A model generated the notes under the pieces. The model was not told the origin of the DNA. It worked only from the letters and a program-made list of their open reading frames with translations, and did not search any database. Below, piece after piece: positions 10,887 through 23,759 of a stretch of 64,000 nt of DNA; positions within the stretch are counted from its first letter, which is position 1; each line of letters opens with the position of its first letter. Position numbers and translations under genes: made by a program. Where the stretch lies: contig JAHRHZ010000051.1 in assembly GCA_024137785.1 (NCBI GenBank), positions 434,001 through 498,000 on the forward strand, written 5' to 3'. Source of the stretch: Ginglymostoma cirratum (Eukaryota).

Positions 10887-12008
10887 CAAATGAAAGAACA
10901 AAGAAATTGCTAAGCACAGTGAGAAGAATAGAAATAATCAGAAAACACAAATGCAGAAACATTGGCAAACATAAAATCACAAACAACAATTTAAGTTGTG
11001 TGACTGATTCTAAAGAGTCATAGTTATTTCTACACCTGATTTAACGAGAAAGCAAATCAGAAGTAAAATATTCTCAATTGTCACGTTTTATACATTTGTA
11101 TTACAACAGAAATGTGTGGAGTTATATGAACCAGATGGACGCTGCCAAAACATTTGAACTGGAGTTGAGTTCTAGATTCTCAATGGATTCTCATTTTTCA
11201 TTCATGCAAATGATTTTATTAGAGGTTATGCAATTTTCATTTCCTGTATATGAAGGTGAAGTTTTGAATGAGCTGAACTTTTTCTCCCACACAAAGAATC
11301 TGATTATTTAATGCACTAACTGAATTATAGACAAGCTATGTGCTCTTTTGCATTGAGAAGAAAATTTACTTCACTGACATTCAATTTCCAGTTTTGCTCT
11401 GATTCTTAAACATTTTTTACTTGTGTCTATTTTGCATACGACTGTTAATAATATTATAAAACAAGCTGTAAACAGTCACTAATTATCAATTTTAAAGATA
11501 TACCCATTATAAATAATTTTATACCATAAGTAAGCTTAAATTTGTTCAAGTAGCGACTGCCTGACAGCAAGTGGCAATGAAAGGAGGGCTGTTCCTTCAG
11601 ATCATCCCACTGATTAACAGTATTTCTAAATAAATAGTATAACCACTGGAATATGCTTACTAATGTTGAGACGTGGAAGGTACTTATGAGATGCTTTCAA
11701 CTTATTTTCTAACAATCCATTTAATATGTACAGTGCCTGAAAATTACAGTGTACTAGATTTGGTCAGGTATTATTACTGTGCTTAAAGACAAGCAGTTTA
11801 CTCAAATGTTTTTTAATGCTATTGATCTATCTGCTCTGTCCAGTGCAAAATCACATATGTTCCTTAAGAAGAATTACTACTCTCCCTAGCTTTTGGCAAA
11901 TTCTTCTCATCCTATTTCTTTCCAAGAAACTTCATGAGCATTTCTCAGTGGTGCAGAACACAGATGGAAGATAGGTGTCAGGGAAAAGAAAAAAGGAAGT
12001 ATTCTTAC

Positions 12009-12030
12009 TCTCATGGACTTCTCAATAATA
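12009..12030 (-). other. Candidate 22-nt frameshifting microexon
   Basis: TCTTTCTGTTACAG|TATTATTGAGAAGTCCATGAGA|GTAAGA. Confidence 0.3.
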
Positions 12031-12908
12031 CTGTAACAGAAAGATGTCACTTTTATAAATAGCTCTATCATTGTAGGTGTGAGGGAAAGATGATGTTTTC
12101 AGTTAGAATATATGAGAATCAGCCAACATTTTATTCTGCCAGCAGAAAGCTTTTGGAACGAATTGTGATGTTTATGCATGCTTAAAATCTGCAGCAATAG
12201 ATCATGCATTTTCATGGAAAATGCGCTGCTCCACTTTTTTTTGTTTTCCTAATGAAGACAGTGTCTGAAAGATTAGTTTGATTTATAAACTGCTTAATGA
12301 TTGATTGATATCTAAGAGGAAGAAACAGAAAATAGTGGAAATATATAGTAGAGTTTGCATTATCTGATAGAGAGATAAAGTATAATTTTTAAGAGGAAAT
12401 GCTTATTTGACACAACAAACAAATACCTGAGGTATTAAAACTGACCTTCCCTCTTTGAATGCATTTGTTCTATATTTCCAAATTTCCTTCACTTGCTTTT
12501 CAGGTGAAAACAGATAAATGTCAGGCATTGGTGTAGTATGTACAAGAATTCATATTCTAACCTGCCAGCGGTGTGGAGGGCTCATGCCACTGAAATAATT
12601 CACACTTCTTCTGTTATGTGCTACTGTCTGTATGCTCTCAACAGGAATAAGACCATGGCCTACTAAGCAACCTCATCATATGCCCTCAGCAACAGCATGT
12701 AGATTCACACTGAGCATTGATGGCATTATGTTGAGATCTTTATAAGGTTGAAATTTCAATGCTGTATAACATTGAACAGCTTTTTGAGCATATGTTCAGG
12801 TCCTCTCAGTTGGATCAAAAATTGATTTTGGTTGATTAATAGATTAAACTATTAAAGTGAAAACAGGATTATCAAATGGTGTTTTTGCTGCAAATCACTG
12901 GGTCTCAC

Positions 12909-13081
12909 CTGATCTTCCTGGTTGTCCGAGGATGCTCGGATTGTACAGACATGTAACTTGTGCTGCTCATTCGAGAAGCGCTGCTCGTCCTTGACACAGC
13001 AGACACATCACTTACATCACTGTCTGATGACTTGTTGGAGATATTGTCTGACCCTCGCTGAGAGTCCCGTCCCAGCCGATG
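12909..13081 (-). CDS. RIMS2: RIMS2 exon (173 nt, phase 0-2): HRLGRDSQRGSDNISNKSSDSDVSDVSAVSRTSSASRMSSTSYMSVQSEHPRTTRKI
   Basis: Matches the recalled RIM2 segment KSSDSDVSDVSAVSRTSSASRFSSTSYMSVQSERP..RKIS (RIM1 has SAISR and FMSEQSE); splice sites TTTTTCTTACAG| and AG|GTGAGA. Confidence 0.95.
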
Positions 13082-15249
13082 CTGTAAGAAAAAGCAGAAC
13101 AATTCCTTCAGTAAGTAAAAGTGCCCAAAGATAAAAGGGAAACGTATTTCAAAACAAAATATAAACATACATTTGACAAAAAGGCTGTTTAGAAAGCAAC
13201 TGAATCCTGTTCTTAAAACTTGTCCAAAGACTCAATAATTAATCAAAATCTTCACTAATTTTTTGATTGCTGTACATGAGCTTCTCACAATACTTTTGTT
13301 TTTAAGGCATACTACTTCAGGGGATTTTAATAAAGATCTGGATTGATGCAGCTTGAGGCTAAGCTGGGAAGGAAGTCTTTTGAACTTCTAAGAAGGTCAA
13401 GGAATGTTCCCAGATGTCTTCTATGTGTGACCTACCAAACCTGATGAGAAAGCTATCTGTGGACCAGAGGAAATCCAGTCCCACGAAACTAATGGACCAT
13501 TGGTTGATTGGAATAATAGAAGTCCATATTTATAATGGGGTGTGAAGAAGGTTCAGGATGGCATTATGTCCGGGAGTTACGGCTTGACTCTGATAAGTGC
13601 ATACTCAACTTTTCACATTCTACTCAGAGAAGTCATCATTCTGGCTCAAACAGGCTCAAAGACAACTAAAAGATATCAAAATAGTCACATCATTCTGGCC
13701 CTCACTGACACTGATTCCTCTTCCCGCAAGGAGATCAAATGATCTTATTGACTCAAGCTTCAGCTTGATACTGCAGTCAGGCTCCAATTGTTTTACTGCA
13801 TCCTATTCTGCATTTAAAGTAGGACCTGTTAATTCCTGCTCCCTAGCTAAGAAGAGCAATTCTAATAGTTTTTTTATGCACATGACACCTATTGAGGAAA
13901 AGTAAATCCACCCTCCATTCTTTCTCTACCATTGCTTGCATGCAACTTTCGCAAAGTTTTTCAGTAAAATTGTTTCGGAGATGAAAACCTATGAAATGAA
14001 ATCATTGCTGTCCAATGGCACCACTGGATCAGAGTAGCCCATTTTCTGAGAAAGGTCATGGACCCAAAATATTCACTCAGTTCCCCTCCCTGCAGATACT
14101 ATCTGTTCAGCCCAAGTGTTTTCAGCATTTCCTGATTCTAGTTCAGATCTCCAACATTTATAGTGTTTGCTTCCTTGCCTTCTTTTTAGTTATTCATCAC
14201 TTCTTGATTAATTTCCCTAATGATACCAAAATAGTCGGATATAAAAGTGGACCTCCAATGAGTCTGCAAGATTTAGCCCCTCAATAATTCACTTCCAACA
14301 CTCTTTCCTTGAAATGATGTGTGCACACCAATTGCCTGTTACAGTGGCAGCCATTTTGGAAGGTTTTTTCCTTTTTACTCTTTCATCTCCATTTATATCG
14401 AAGTCAGTTCCTTTATCGGTCATGGCAGAGGACACTTAAGAGCAAATCACGTTTGATGTGGGTCTGGAGTCACATGCTGGCCAGATCAGGTAAGGATAGC
14501 AGATTTACATCCCTGCAACAGTGAACTAAATAGGATTTTGCAAAAATTATTATTGTTGTCACCATTACATCAAAATTTGCATTATATTCCTGATTTATTC
14601 ATGTAATTCAAAATAATGCTAAAGTGGTATTTGAACTTTTATCCCCACAGCATAGCTTGGGACCCAGGATTAATCATCCAATGACATTCCTATAAACTAC
14701 CATCACCACAATAGATCTGAAACAGATGGAAGAGGTTGCAGCAGATCCAACTGAATCTTCAATGTCAATTGATGAGAAGTTATGAAGGCAATGAAGGCTA
14801 ACAGGCGGGAGTGGGTACTATGTAAGCATTTGCATACATTTTCCCTGACAATGATTCCTTTTAGGAGGGATCATTGAACCTGGCTTCTCAGCATTTCAGA
14901 TAACTTTTTTCAGGGGCTTACCATCATAAAAGATTAATATTTTAACACGTTTGATGCCCAAACATTTTTAAAACTTAGAAATTATAAATTACAGACATAC
15001 GACTTAAATATGGTTTCAAATTATCACTTGCCATATAGGTGATATCATTCAAGTACAGAAACATAATATTTTGAGTGTTAAGTAAGAGTTTGAGTTGTAA
15101 GTTGTTTTCTGAAGGCACACACAATGCTTGATTCCAGTGATGTGAATGACGAAAATTTCCTAAAGTTATGTCATAGCAAATGGCATTAAAACATTGTAAA
15201 TAAATCTGCTCTCATCTGGGATCCAAAATTCAGCCAACTCCTTTTGCTG

Positions 15250-15700
15250 GAACTTTGCCTAAAAAAACTCAAGAAGCTTGACACCATTCAGGACAAAGCA
15301 GCTGACTTGATTGCCACCACATTCACAAATGTCCACTTCCTCCACCACTAATGTCAGTAACAGCAGTGCACATCATCAACAGGGTATACTGCAAAAATTC
15401 ACCAAAGATACTTAGACAGCACCTTCCAAGCCCATGATCACTACCATCTAGAAGGACAAGGGCAGCAGACACATGGGAACACCACTACCTGCAACTTTCC
15501 CTACAAGTCCCATACCATTCCACTGTTTGGTCAAAATCCGGAAACTCCCTTCCCTAACTGCATTGTGAGTGCTCCTTCATCACATAGATAGCAGCAGTTC
15601 AAGAAGGCAGCTTACCACTACCTTCCTGAGAAATGGTTGATAAATGGTGGTGCAGATAAAGTTGCTTACATTGCATCTTGAAGAAAATAAATGTCACCCT
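15250..15700 (+). mobile_element. LINE 3' tail fragment (L2-like)
   Basis: ctcaagaagcttgacaccattcaggacaaagcagc...gcagcagttcaagaaggcagc; the same tail recurs at about 7060-7165. Confidence 0.6.
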
Positions 15701-15829
15701 GAAGGTTGTCTTATACTTTATTTGAAAGAGTACTGCAGAGAAAATTGTGAAAAGGTAACTATTTGCATATCTATTGAGGAAGAAAAGTTATGATATGTGG
15801 TCTGCAGACTTACGCAGCAAGACCTGGAC

Positions 15830-16875
15830 ATTTGGCTTTTGATAAGGAGTCACAAGGCAGACTGGTCAAGAAGCTAAATGCCCATGGGATCAGGGCAATT
15901 TAGATCCAAAATTGGCTTTGTTGCAGAAAGCAGATGGAGATGGCTGAAGAATGCTTTTGTGGCTGGAAACCTGTGTTCGGTGTTGTATCAAAGGGTTGGC
16001 TACTGGGTCCCTTGCTGTTTCTAGTTTGTATTAATGGTCTAGACATGAATGTAGGTTTGATTGGTAAACTCAAAAGGTACAAAAATTGGTGGTATATAAA
16101 ATAACGAGGAGGAAAACTTCTGGCAACAATAATAGACCATCTGGTCAGATGGACTAAACACTGGCAAATAGAATTTAATCCTGAAAAGTGTGAGGTGATG
16201 CATTTTAGGAGGACTAACAAGGAAAGGGAGTGATAAATGAATGATGGGACCCCAGGAAGTATAAAGGCTCAGGGGTACCTCAGTGTGCATGTCCACAGAT
16301 GCTTGAAGGTGGCAAGACAGGTTGATAAAGTGGTTAAGACAGTTTATGGGATATGCCTTTACTAGTTAAAGCATTGCATACTAGAGCAGGGAAGTTATGA
16401 TGGAGTTGTATGTAACATCAGTTACACCACAATTGGAGTACTGTGTGCAGTTCTGGTCCCCACACTACAGGAAGGATACGATTCACTAGAGACAGAGTGT
16501 ACAGGAGATTCACTAGGATGTTGCCTGGGTTAGAGTGTTTTAGCTACAAGGAGAGACTAGGTAAGCTGGGGTTGTTTACCTTAAATTGGTGGGGGGTGGG
16601 GGGGAAATCAGACTGAGGTATATAAAGTTTCGAGGGGCATTGATGTGATATATACAAAGAAAATTTTCCCCTCTGTTGAGGGGCCAATAACTAGGGACAT
16701 GGATTTAAGGGAAGGGGCAGGAGATTTAGAGGGGACTTAGGGAAGAATTTTTTTCATCCAGAGGGTGATGCGTATCCAGAACTCATTGTCTGAAAGAGTG
16801 ATAGAGGTTGGAAACATCATAACATTTACAAAGGATTTAAATGATAATTTGAAGTGCCATGGCTTACAAGGTTTC
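15830..16875 (+). mobile_element. Decayed CR1-type LINE RT 3' fragment
   Basis: Homologous to 35330-36370 (FDK.SQ..L, LGPLLF, KCEVMHF, EYCVQFWSP), many indels. Confidence 0.85.
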
Positions 16876-18488
16876 AGATGGCTCTTGTGGTGCAGTGGTA
16901 GTGAACTGCGTCTGAGTGAGGAGAGCCAGGTTAAAATCCTATCTGCTCCAGAGATGTGAAATTGTATTTCTGATTCATCAAATGCCCTTTTTCCATGCTG
17001 TAAAACTCTATGGCATTGCGACATCCAATATCATATTTATTTATGAAGATGTCAACCAATCAAAAACTCTCAACTATTGTTTGAGCAACATCTTCATAGT
17101 CCTACCAGACCATAAGGCTATTCCTCATTAGAAACAGAATCTACTTGTGGTGAATTAACCTGAGGGTCACCATGTCTCAAGTGAGCAGAGGGTTTGAGAT
17201 GGAGAGTCCTTCATGGTAACTGGCATGGGAATTGAACCCATGTTGTTGGCGTTATTCTGCAATACAAAACAGACATCCAGCCAACTGATCTAACTGACCT
17301 TCATTGTTCTAGTCGGCAGCATCGGGAAAAACAAAATATCCTCTTGAATTGTAGCTTCATCAATTTAACTCACACCTACCAAATGTAAGCTAACATGCTC
17401 TCCCTGTGGATTCTTCCACTTGCAGGAACAAACACTGCTTGTGAATGGCACGAACTTGTCCGTAATTCAGTATATCCCTTCTCCACCAGTTTAACTTCAG
17501 CATGGTGGAATTCTGGTGCCAATGGTGTAATTTCTGGGACAGCATTCTTTGTCCTGGTAATCCTGTCATTTTGCTCAGTCTTAGTTTGTAGTGGATGCAT
17601 TCTCCCCACAGAAAAAAATGACCAAAACTCAAAGTCTTTGGAATGGATAGAGTTCTGGTGTTTCCACCTTAATGCTCTAAATTTGAACCCTGCTATAAAT
17701 GTACTATTTTAATGCGAAACCTTAGCCTTTGTGAATTTTAGCTATTCTTCAGTTAAAATTCAATTTTTTCCAAATTATTTTAAAATAAATAACATGCCCC
17801 AATGAAGTCAGATCAAAGCAATACATTTGCTTGCAAGATGATAAATTGAGTTGCCAGTAATTCTCGTGGAGATTCTTCAGATCTTCTGCTGTTACTTTGG
17901 TAGAGTATGACCAGGAACCCAGAGAAACAGCGTGAACATTGGGGAATGCCATTCATCTTGGATTCTCAGTGATGGTGAGAGACTTGGGATTCGTTGTTTA
18001 CTTTTAAAGAGACTGAATTAAATCAGTAGTTTTTAAAAAAAATTTTATTCTTTTTCATGAGATGTTGTCCTGTCAAGGCCAGTATTTGATGTCTGCCCTT
18101 GAACTGACTGCCTTGCTGGGTCATTTCAGAGGATAGTTTTGAGGCAACCACATTGCCATGGATCCGAGACACATATAGGTCAGACCAGGTAAGAATGGAA
18201 AATTTTCTTCCTTAAAAGGACATTAATGAACCATATGAGTTTTACAACAATAGATTATAGTTTTTATGTTACCATCACTGAAGTTAAGTTTCAATTTTGG
18301 ATTTTATTCATTGAATTTATATTTCACTGGCTGCTTTGGTGGAATTTGAATTTTGCATCACTAGATTCACTGTTATTTTCTTCCCCAGGCCTAGTTAAAA
18401 TTCAATTTGGATACAAATGGTGAATTAAGGGGCTAATTCTCTTTAAAAGCTCCAAGACTAGATTAGCACACTTCGTTCATCAAATTTA

Positions 18489-18833
18489 TGGTGGCATCGT
18501 GACTGGCCATGCAGCCTCACAGTGCCATGGACCCATGTTTGATAGGTGATTGTCTGCGTGGAATTTGCATACTCTCCCTGTGTCTGCATGGGTTTCTACC
18601 GGGTGGTCTGGTTTCTGTTCAGAGTCCAACAACGTGCAGGTTAGGTGGGTTACCCATGCTAAATTGCCCCATAGTGTCCAGGGATGTGCAGCTTAAGTGG
18701 ATTGGCCACAGTAAATGTGGAGTTATGGGGACAGGGGAGGGCGCTGGGGCTGGGTCTGGGTGTGGTGCTCTTCGGAGGCTTGGTGCAGATTTGATATGCC
18801 AAATTACCTCTTTCTGCACTGTAGGGATTCTAT
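18489..18833 (+). mobile_element. HE1-type tRNA-derived V-SINE
   Basis: V-domain gtggaatttgcatactctccctgtgtctgcatgggtttc..ggttaggtgg..ccatgctaaattgccc; CR1-derived tail gtagggattctatg. Confidence 0.8.
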
Positions 18834-18917
18834 GATAAACCAATACTTTTTTTTCAAAAATCTGTACAAAATATTGAAGATATGAAATGTAAAATCTCTA
18901 AATCAACAAGAAGTTCT

Positions 18918-20006
18918 TTCTTGTCCCAAACATCCCAACCTCTTATTTCAAGGACCGCAACTTCCCCACTTCGGTGGTCGAGAATGCTCTCGCCTGCATC
19001 TCTTGCATTTCCCGCACCTCTGCCCTCACATCCCCTCCCCACAACAAAAACAAAGATAGAATCCCCCTTCTCCTCACGTATCACCCCACTAACCTCCGGA
19101 TTCAACGTATCATTCTCCGCCACTTCCGCCACCTGCAATCTGACAATACAACCAAAGACATATTTCCCTCCTCACCCCTATCTGTCTTCTGTAGGGACTG
19201 CTCTTTCCGCAACTCCCTTGTCCACTCCACACTCCCCACTAGCCTCACCTAACCCGGCAACCGCAGGAAGTGCTACACCTGCCCCTACACCTCCCCCACA
19301 TCTCCATCCAAGGAACTAAAAAAAACTTCCACATCAAACAGATGTTCACCTGCACATCCGCTAATGTGGTTTCCTGTATCCTCTGCTTCTGATGTGTCCT
19401 CCTCTACACCGGTGAGACCAAGCAGAGGCTTGGTGACCGCTTTGTAGAGCAACTGCGCTCTGTTCGCGACAAACCACAACACCTTCCAGTCGCGAACCAC
19501 TTCAACTCCCCCTCCCACTCCCTGGGTGATGTGTCCATCCTGGGCCTCCTCCAGTGTCACAATGACGCCACCCAGAAACTGGAGGAGCAGCATCTCATAT
19601 TCTGCCTGGGGAGCCCACAACCCAATGATCTCAATGTGGACTTAACTAGTTTCAAAATTTTCCCACCCCTGGCCTCATCCCATGACCAACCCTCCCTCTC
19701 ATCACTGCCTCCTTGACCTGACACAACTTGTCCATCTTCTCTCCCACCTATCCACCCCTCCCACCTCACGGACCAATCTCCACCACTGCCTACCTGCACT
19801 CACCTATCACCATTCCACCTACCTTCCCCAGCCCCACCCCTCATCTCTATTTATTTCAGAGCTCCCTTCCCCCTCCCCCATTTCTGAAGAAGGGTTCCAA
19901 CCCGAAACATCAGCTTCCCTGCTCCTCTGATGCTGCCAGACCTGCTGTGTTCCTCCAGCTCCACACTGTTATCTCTGACTCCAGCATCTGCAGTTCTCAC
20001 TATCTC
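18918..20006 (+). mobile_element. Penelope-like (Neptune-type) element 3' part: RT-EN linker, decayed GIY-YIG, pLTR
   Basis: KDRIPLLLTYHPTNLRIQRIILRHFRHLQSD, CNRRKCYTCP-like Zn motif, EEQHLIFCLGS.QPN.LNVD; hammerhead-like CTGAAGA..GAAAC at 19884-19911. Confidence 0.9.
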
Positions 20007-20509
20007 TGATATCAGACGGGATGCTTGCATTTGGTTCTTCCTCATTGTTCTGGTTAAGGAAGCTGATAAATCATTCCTGCTGCACAATCTCACTGGCTGG
20101 GATAAAAATAGTTAGGCCAAGAAAGGAAGGAATGCTTATGCCATGGTCTGTCAAAAATTTCACTGAGGTATGGATTTCTTTTTAACTTTTATATGATCCT
20201 CTAAAGCAAGAATGCAAAGATATGAAGACAACAAAAATGCTTTGCTGCGGTATCTTGATTATGAATCTTGCTGAAAAGACAGACAATGCTGCTGAAGCTT
20301 GTCTTTTTGCACTCATCAGGACAAATGCAAGAATGCCAAATTTCAAATGATCACAACACTTTATATCATGTCGGCTGGCTGGCAAGTCAACACTAATTGT
20401 TTTCTCCATGGTGATGTCTCAGCCAATGACGAACCATAAGCTCTCCAAGCTACAAAGTAATTCAAAACAGATGCAAGGCTTGAACATATTGCCTTCATCG
20501 CTTAGACCT

Positions 20510-21075
20510 TTGAATATCATATTTGGGACATCATGGTGCAGTTGTACAGGACTTTGGTGAGGCCTCTTCTGCAGTATTGTGTGCAGTTCTGGCCTCCCTG
20601 TAATAGGAATGTAAATTGGAGAGGATTCAGAGAAGATTTACCAGGATGTTGCCAGGAATGGAGGGTTTGAACTATAAAAATAGGCTGGGACTTACTTTAC
20701 TGGAGCATATGAGGTTGAAGAGTGACCTTATATAAAATCATGAAGGGCGCAGATGAGATAAATAGCAAGGGTCTTTTCACTAGGGTGGCGGACTTCAAAA
20801 TTAAGGGTACATTTTTAAGGTGAGACGAGAAAGGTTTAAAAAGGACAGGAGGGGAAACTTTTTTGCACAGAGAGTGGTTCATCTGTGGAATGAAATGCCA
20901 GACCAAGTCATGGATGCAGGTATAGTTACAACACTTAAAATAAAATTGAATAAGTACATGAATAGGAAAGATTTGGAGGTCAAATGCAGTTAAGTGGGAC
21001 TAATTTAGTTTGGGAACGTGGTCGGCTTGGACTAATTGGACAGAAGCGTCTGTTTCCACGCTGCATGACTCTGTG
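20510..21075 (+). mobile_element. CR1-type LINE 3' end fragment
   Basis: LVRPLLQYCVQFW..RRFTRMLPGM and ..ctgcatgactctgtgact tail. Confidence 0.85.
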
Positions 21076-23759
21076 ACTTTTTTCTGAAGAAGGGTCCTGA
21101 CCCAAAATGTCAACGTTCCTGCTCTTCTGATGCTGTCTGGCCCGCTGTGCTTCTCTAGCTCTGTGCTGTGTTTCTCTGACTGGCAGTTCTTACTGTCTGT
21201 CTTTGTGACTCTATATTCCTTTTGTTTGCAAAAGGTGGGCTTTAGCATATGAAGGTATGCTTGTTGCCTCTAGCAAATGCAAATGAGTCATGTTACGAAT
21301 ACTACTGATCTCCATAAATTGATTGTGGAGCAATTAGTGAACTCCGCATTGCTCAGCAAGTGCTGCTAAATCTAATGGCTACTGCACAGTAGCAGCATGA
21401 AATGGCATACATAACGTTTTGTTCAAATCTCTGAGATACATTCCCTTTCCAGAGTTAGATGAGGTGTACTTTTAGGGTGAGCACAATGGTTACGTAAATG
21501 GTATTTTCTAACGAGAAGATGCTGCAGTCAGTTCTCAGGGACATGTGGCCACTGCAGAATTGAGCAATATTGTATGTGAATTTCAGAGCCGATGGGATTC
21601 CAATATGTAGGCTGCATATCCCAATGATTAGCTCATTGAATCAAACAACATGCTCCTTCCATTTTCCATAGTAGATAGAGTATAGACTGCACTCAATGAG
21701 CCTACCCAGGATAGTCATTTTATCTGCAGCCAGGCAGAATACTTGCAGGCATTACTCCAGCTTTGGCCTAACATATTTCAGTTTCAGCGCAACCATCCTA
21801 CTCTTATGTTCCATGCTTCAGTTAATAATGGCAAGTATTGTATGCTTTCTTGACCACCTTATTTATGTATTCAGCCACTTCATTGAACTTACGACATGCA
21901 ACCTAAGATTCCAGTTCCTCTGGGAAAGTGAGGGGTAATGCACTTCGGCAAGAAGAACAGAGCAGCTGAATATTATTTAAAAGGAGAAAGACTGCAGAAA
22001 TCTATAAAACAGGGATTTGGGAGTGCTCATCTATAAATTATGAAAAGTTTGCAACTAAGGTCAGCAGGTAATAGGGAAGACAAATGGAATGTTAGACTTC
22101 ATTTCAAAGAAAATGTATAGAGTTTTGCTAAAACTATACAAGGCACTAGTTCGATCACAAATGGAATACTGTAAACAGATTTATGCCCTTTATCTAAAGG
22201 AAGATACACTGGCATTGGAACCAGTTTAGAAAGGTTCACTAGTCTGATAAAAACTAAAAGAACAGGGTACTGGAAATCAGAAACAAACACAGGAATTTGC
22301 TGGAAAACCATAGCAGGTCTAGCAGCATCTGTGGAGAAAGATCAGGGTCAATGTTTCGGGTCCGGTGACACTTCCTCAGAAACCCTTTCCAGAAAGAGCA
22401 ATGTGACAACCACCAGGTAATTTCCTTTTTGTGATGTTGATTGAGGGAACAATATCAGCCCAGACACCAGGGATAAGTCTCCTGCTGATCTTCAAAAAAG
22501 TGCCATGGAACCTTTCACATCCACTCGAGCAGGCAGGCAGAACCTGACTTTGATTTTTCTTATAAGAAATACTGCGCTGGGATGTGTCAACCTTGATTTT
22601 TGTGCTTAGCCTCTGGTGTAGGAGTTGAGGTGTGTGGACCATAGCTGGTACAGAATCAAAACACTGAGGAGTTAAGCCCTATCCTAGTGCTTAGGGGAAA
22701 CGTTGGTGTAGTGGTAATGTTAAGTAGTAGTCCAAACATGCAGGCCAATTCCCTCTGGACAGGGACTCAAATTATACCTCAGCAGCCTCTGGAATCTACA
22801 TTTCAAACAAAAATAACTGCAAAGTGAAAGCTGGTATCAGTGATGGTGACCATGAAACTAACATCGATTGCCATAAAAACCCACCTGTTTCATTAATGCC
22901 CTTTAGGGAAATAAATCTTTCATCCTTACTCTGTCTTACATGTCACTCTTAAACTGCCACTGGAAATGACTGAGCAGACCATTTAGTTCAAGGGCAATTA
23001 GGGATGGACAATAAATGCTGGCCTGCTACACCCCTCCCAAATCTGACAAAAACAACTTGCATTTGCGGAGCACCACAAATATAATACAGTAGTATGTCCC
23101 AATAGCATAATCAGACAAACATTAACTGTGAGCCAAAGAAGGGTGAGATGGCCAAATTCTCAGTTGAGGTAGCATGTAAAAATTGAGCTCAGCTATTGAG
23201 TGGGTGCTACATTATTTGGGAACCAAATAATGTCCACATCACAGAGACATCTATTATGAATTACACTGGATGCCATATTAGTGAAGACAATAGTAAATGT
23301 ACAGCTACATCTATACTAATGAAGACAGATCATGATGTCAAAGGGCACTCAACACTGATTTTGACACCACCACTGTCTATCCAACACTCCCTCTTCAACC
23401 TGCACAGTTATACATGCATTAAACAGAAAGAAGAGTCCATCGACTACTTACAGCCTAGTGATTGTTTTTATTTGGTTGTTCACACAAGTCCAAGAGTGCT
23501 TCCTGCTTTACACAGTTGTTTCAAGTTATAAAAGTCTACAGCAAATGGTGTGGCATGGTGTGCTAAAGGACATTTTGGTGACTTCATGGTTTCCACATAA
23601 ATGAATTGCTCTCAAAAGGGGGTGCACTAGTAAGGCCTGTTCTTATAACAGGGTGGCAAGTAAAGGCTGAGGTTATGCAGACCAGGTCAATTAGTTAGAA
23701 AGAAAAGGGGAAAGACTTTCGGCAGGAGATGAAAATTACTCAGGGTCAAATGAGTGAGA

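Noticed and set aside
10517-10893. Hydrophobic, Pro-rich and Ser-rich plus-strand ORFs
   Set aside because: Antisense shadows of the purine-rich minus-strand exon
12446-12495. Possible 50-nt exon ending AAG|GTCAGT
   Set aside because: Immediate stop in the required phase and an A-rich acceptor
17376-17712. Overlapping ORFs on both strands in unique sequence, with a GTAGGT donor-like site
   Set aside because: No homology recognised, no good acceptor, and the phase does not fit the phase-0 exon at 13081
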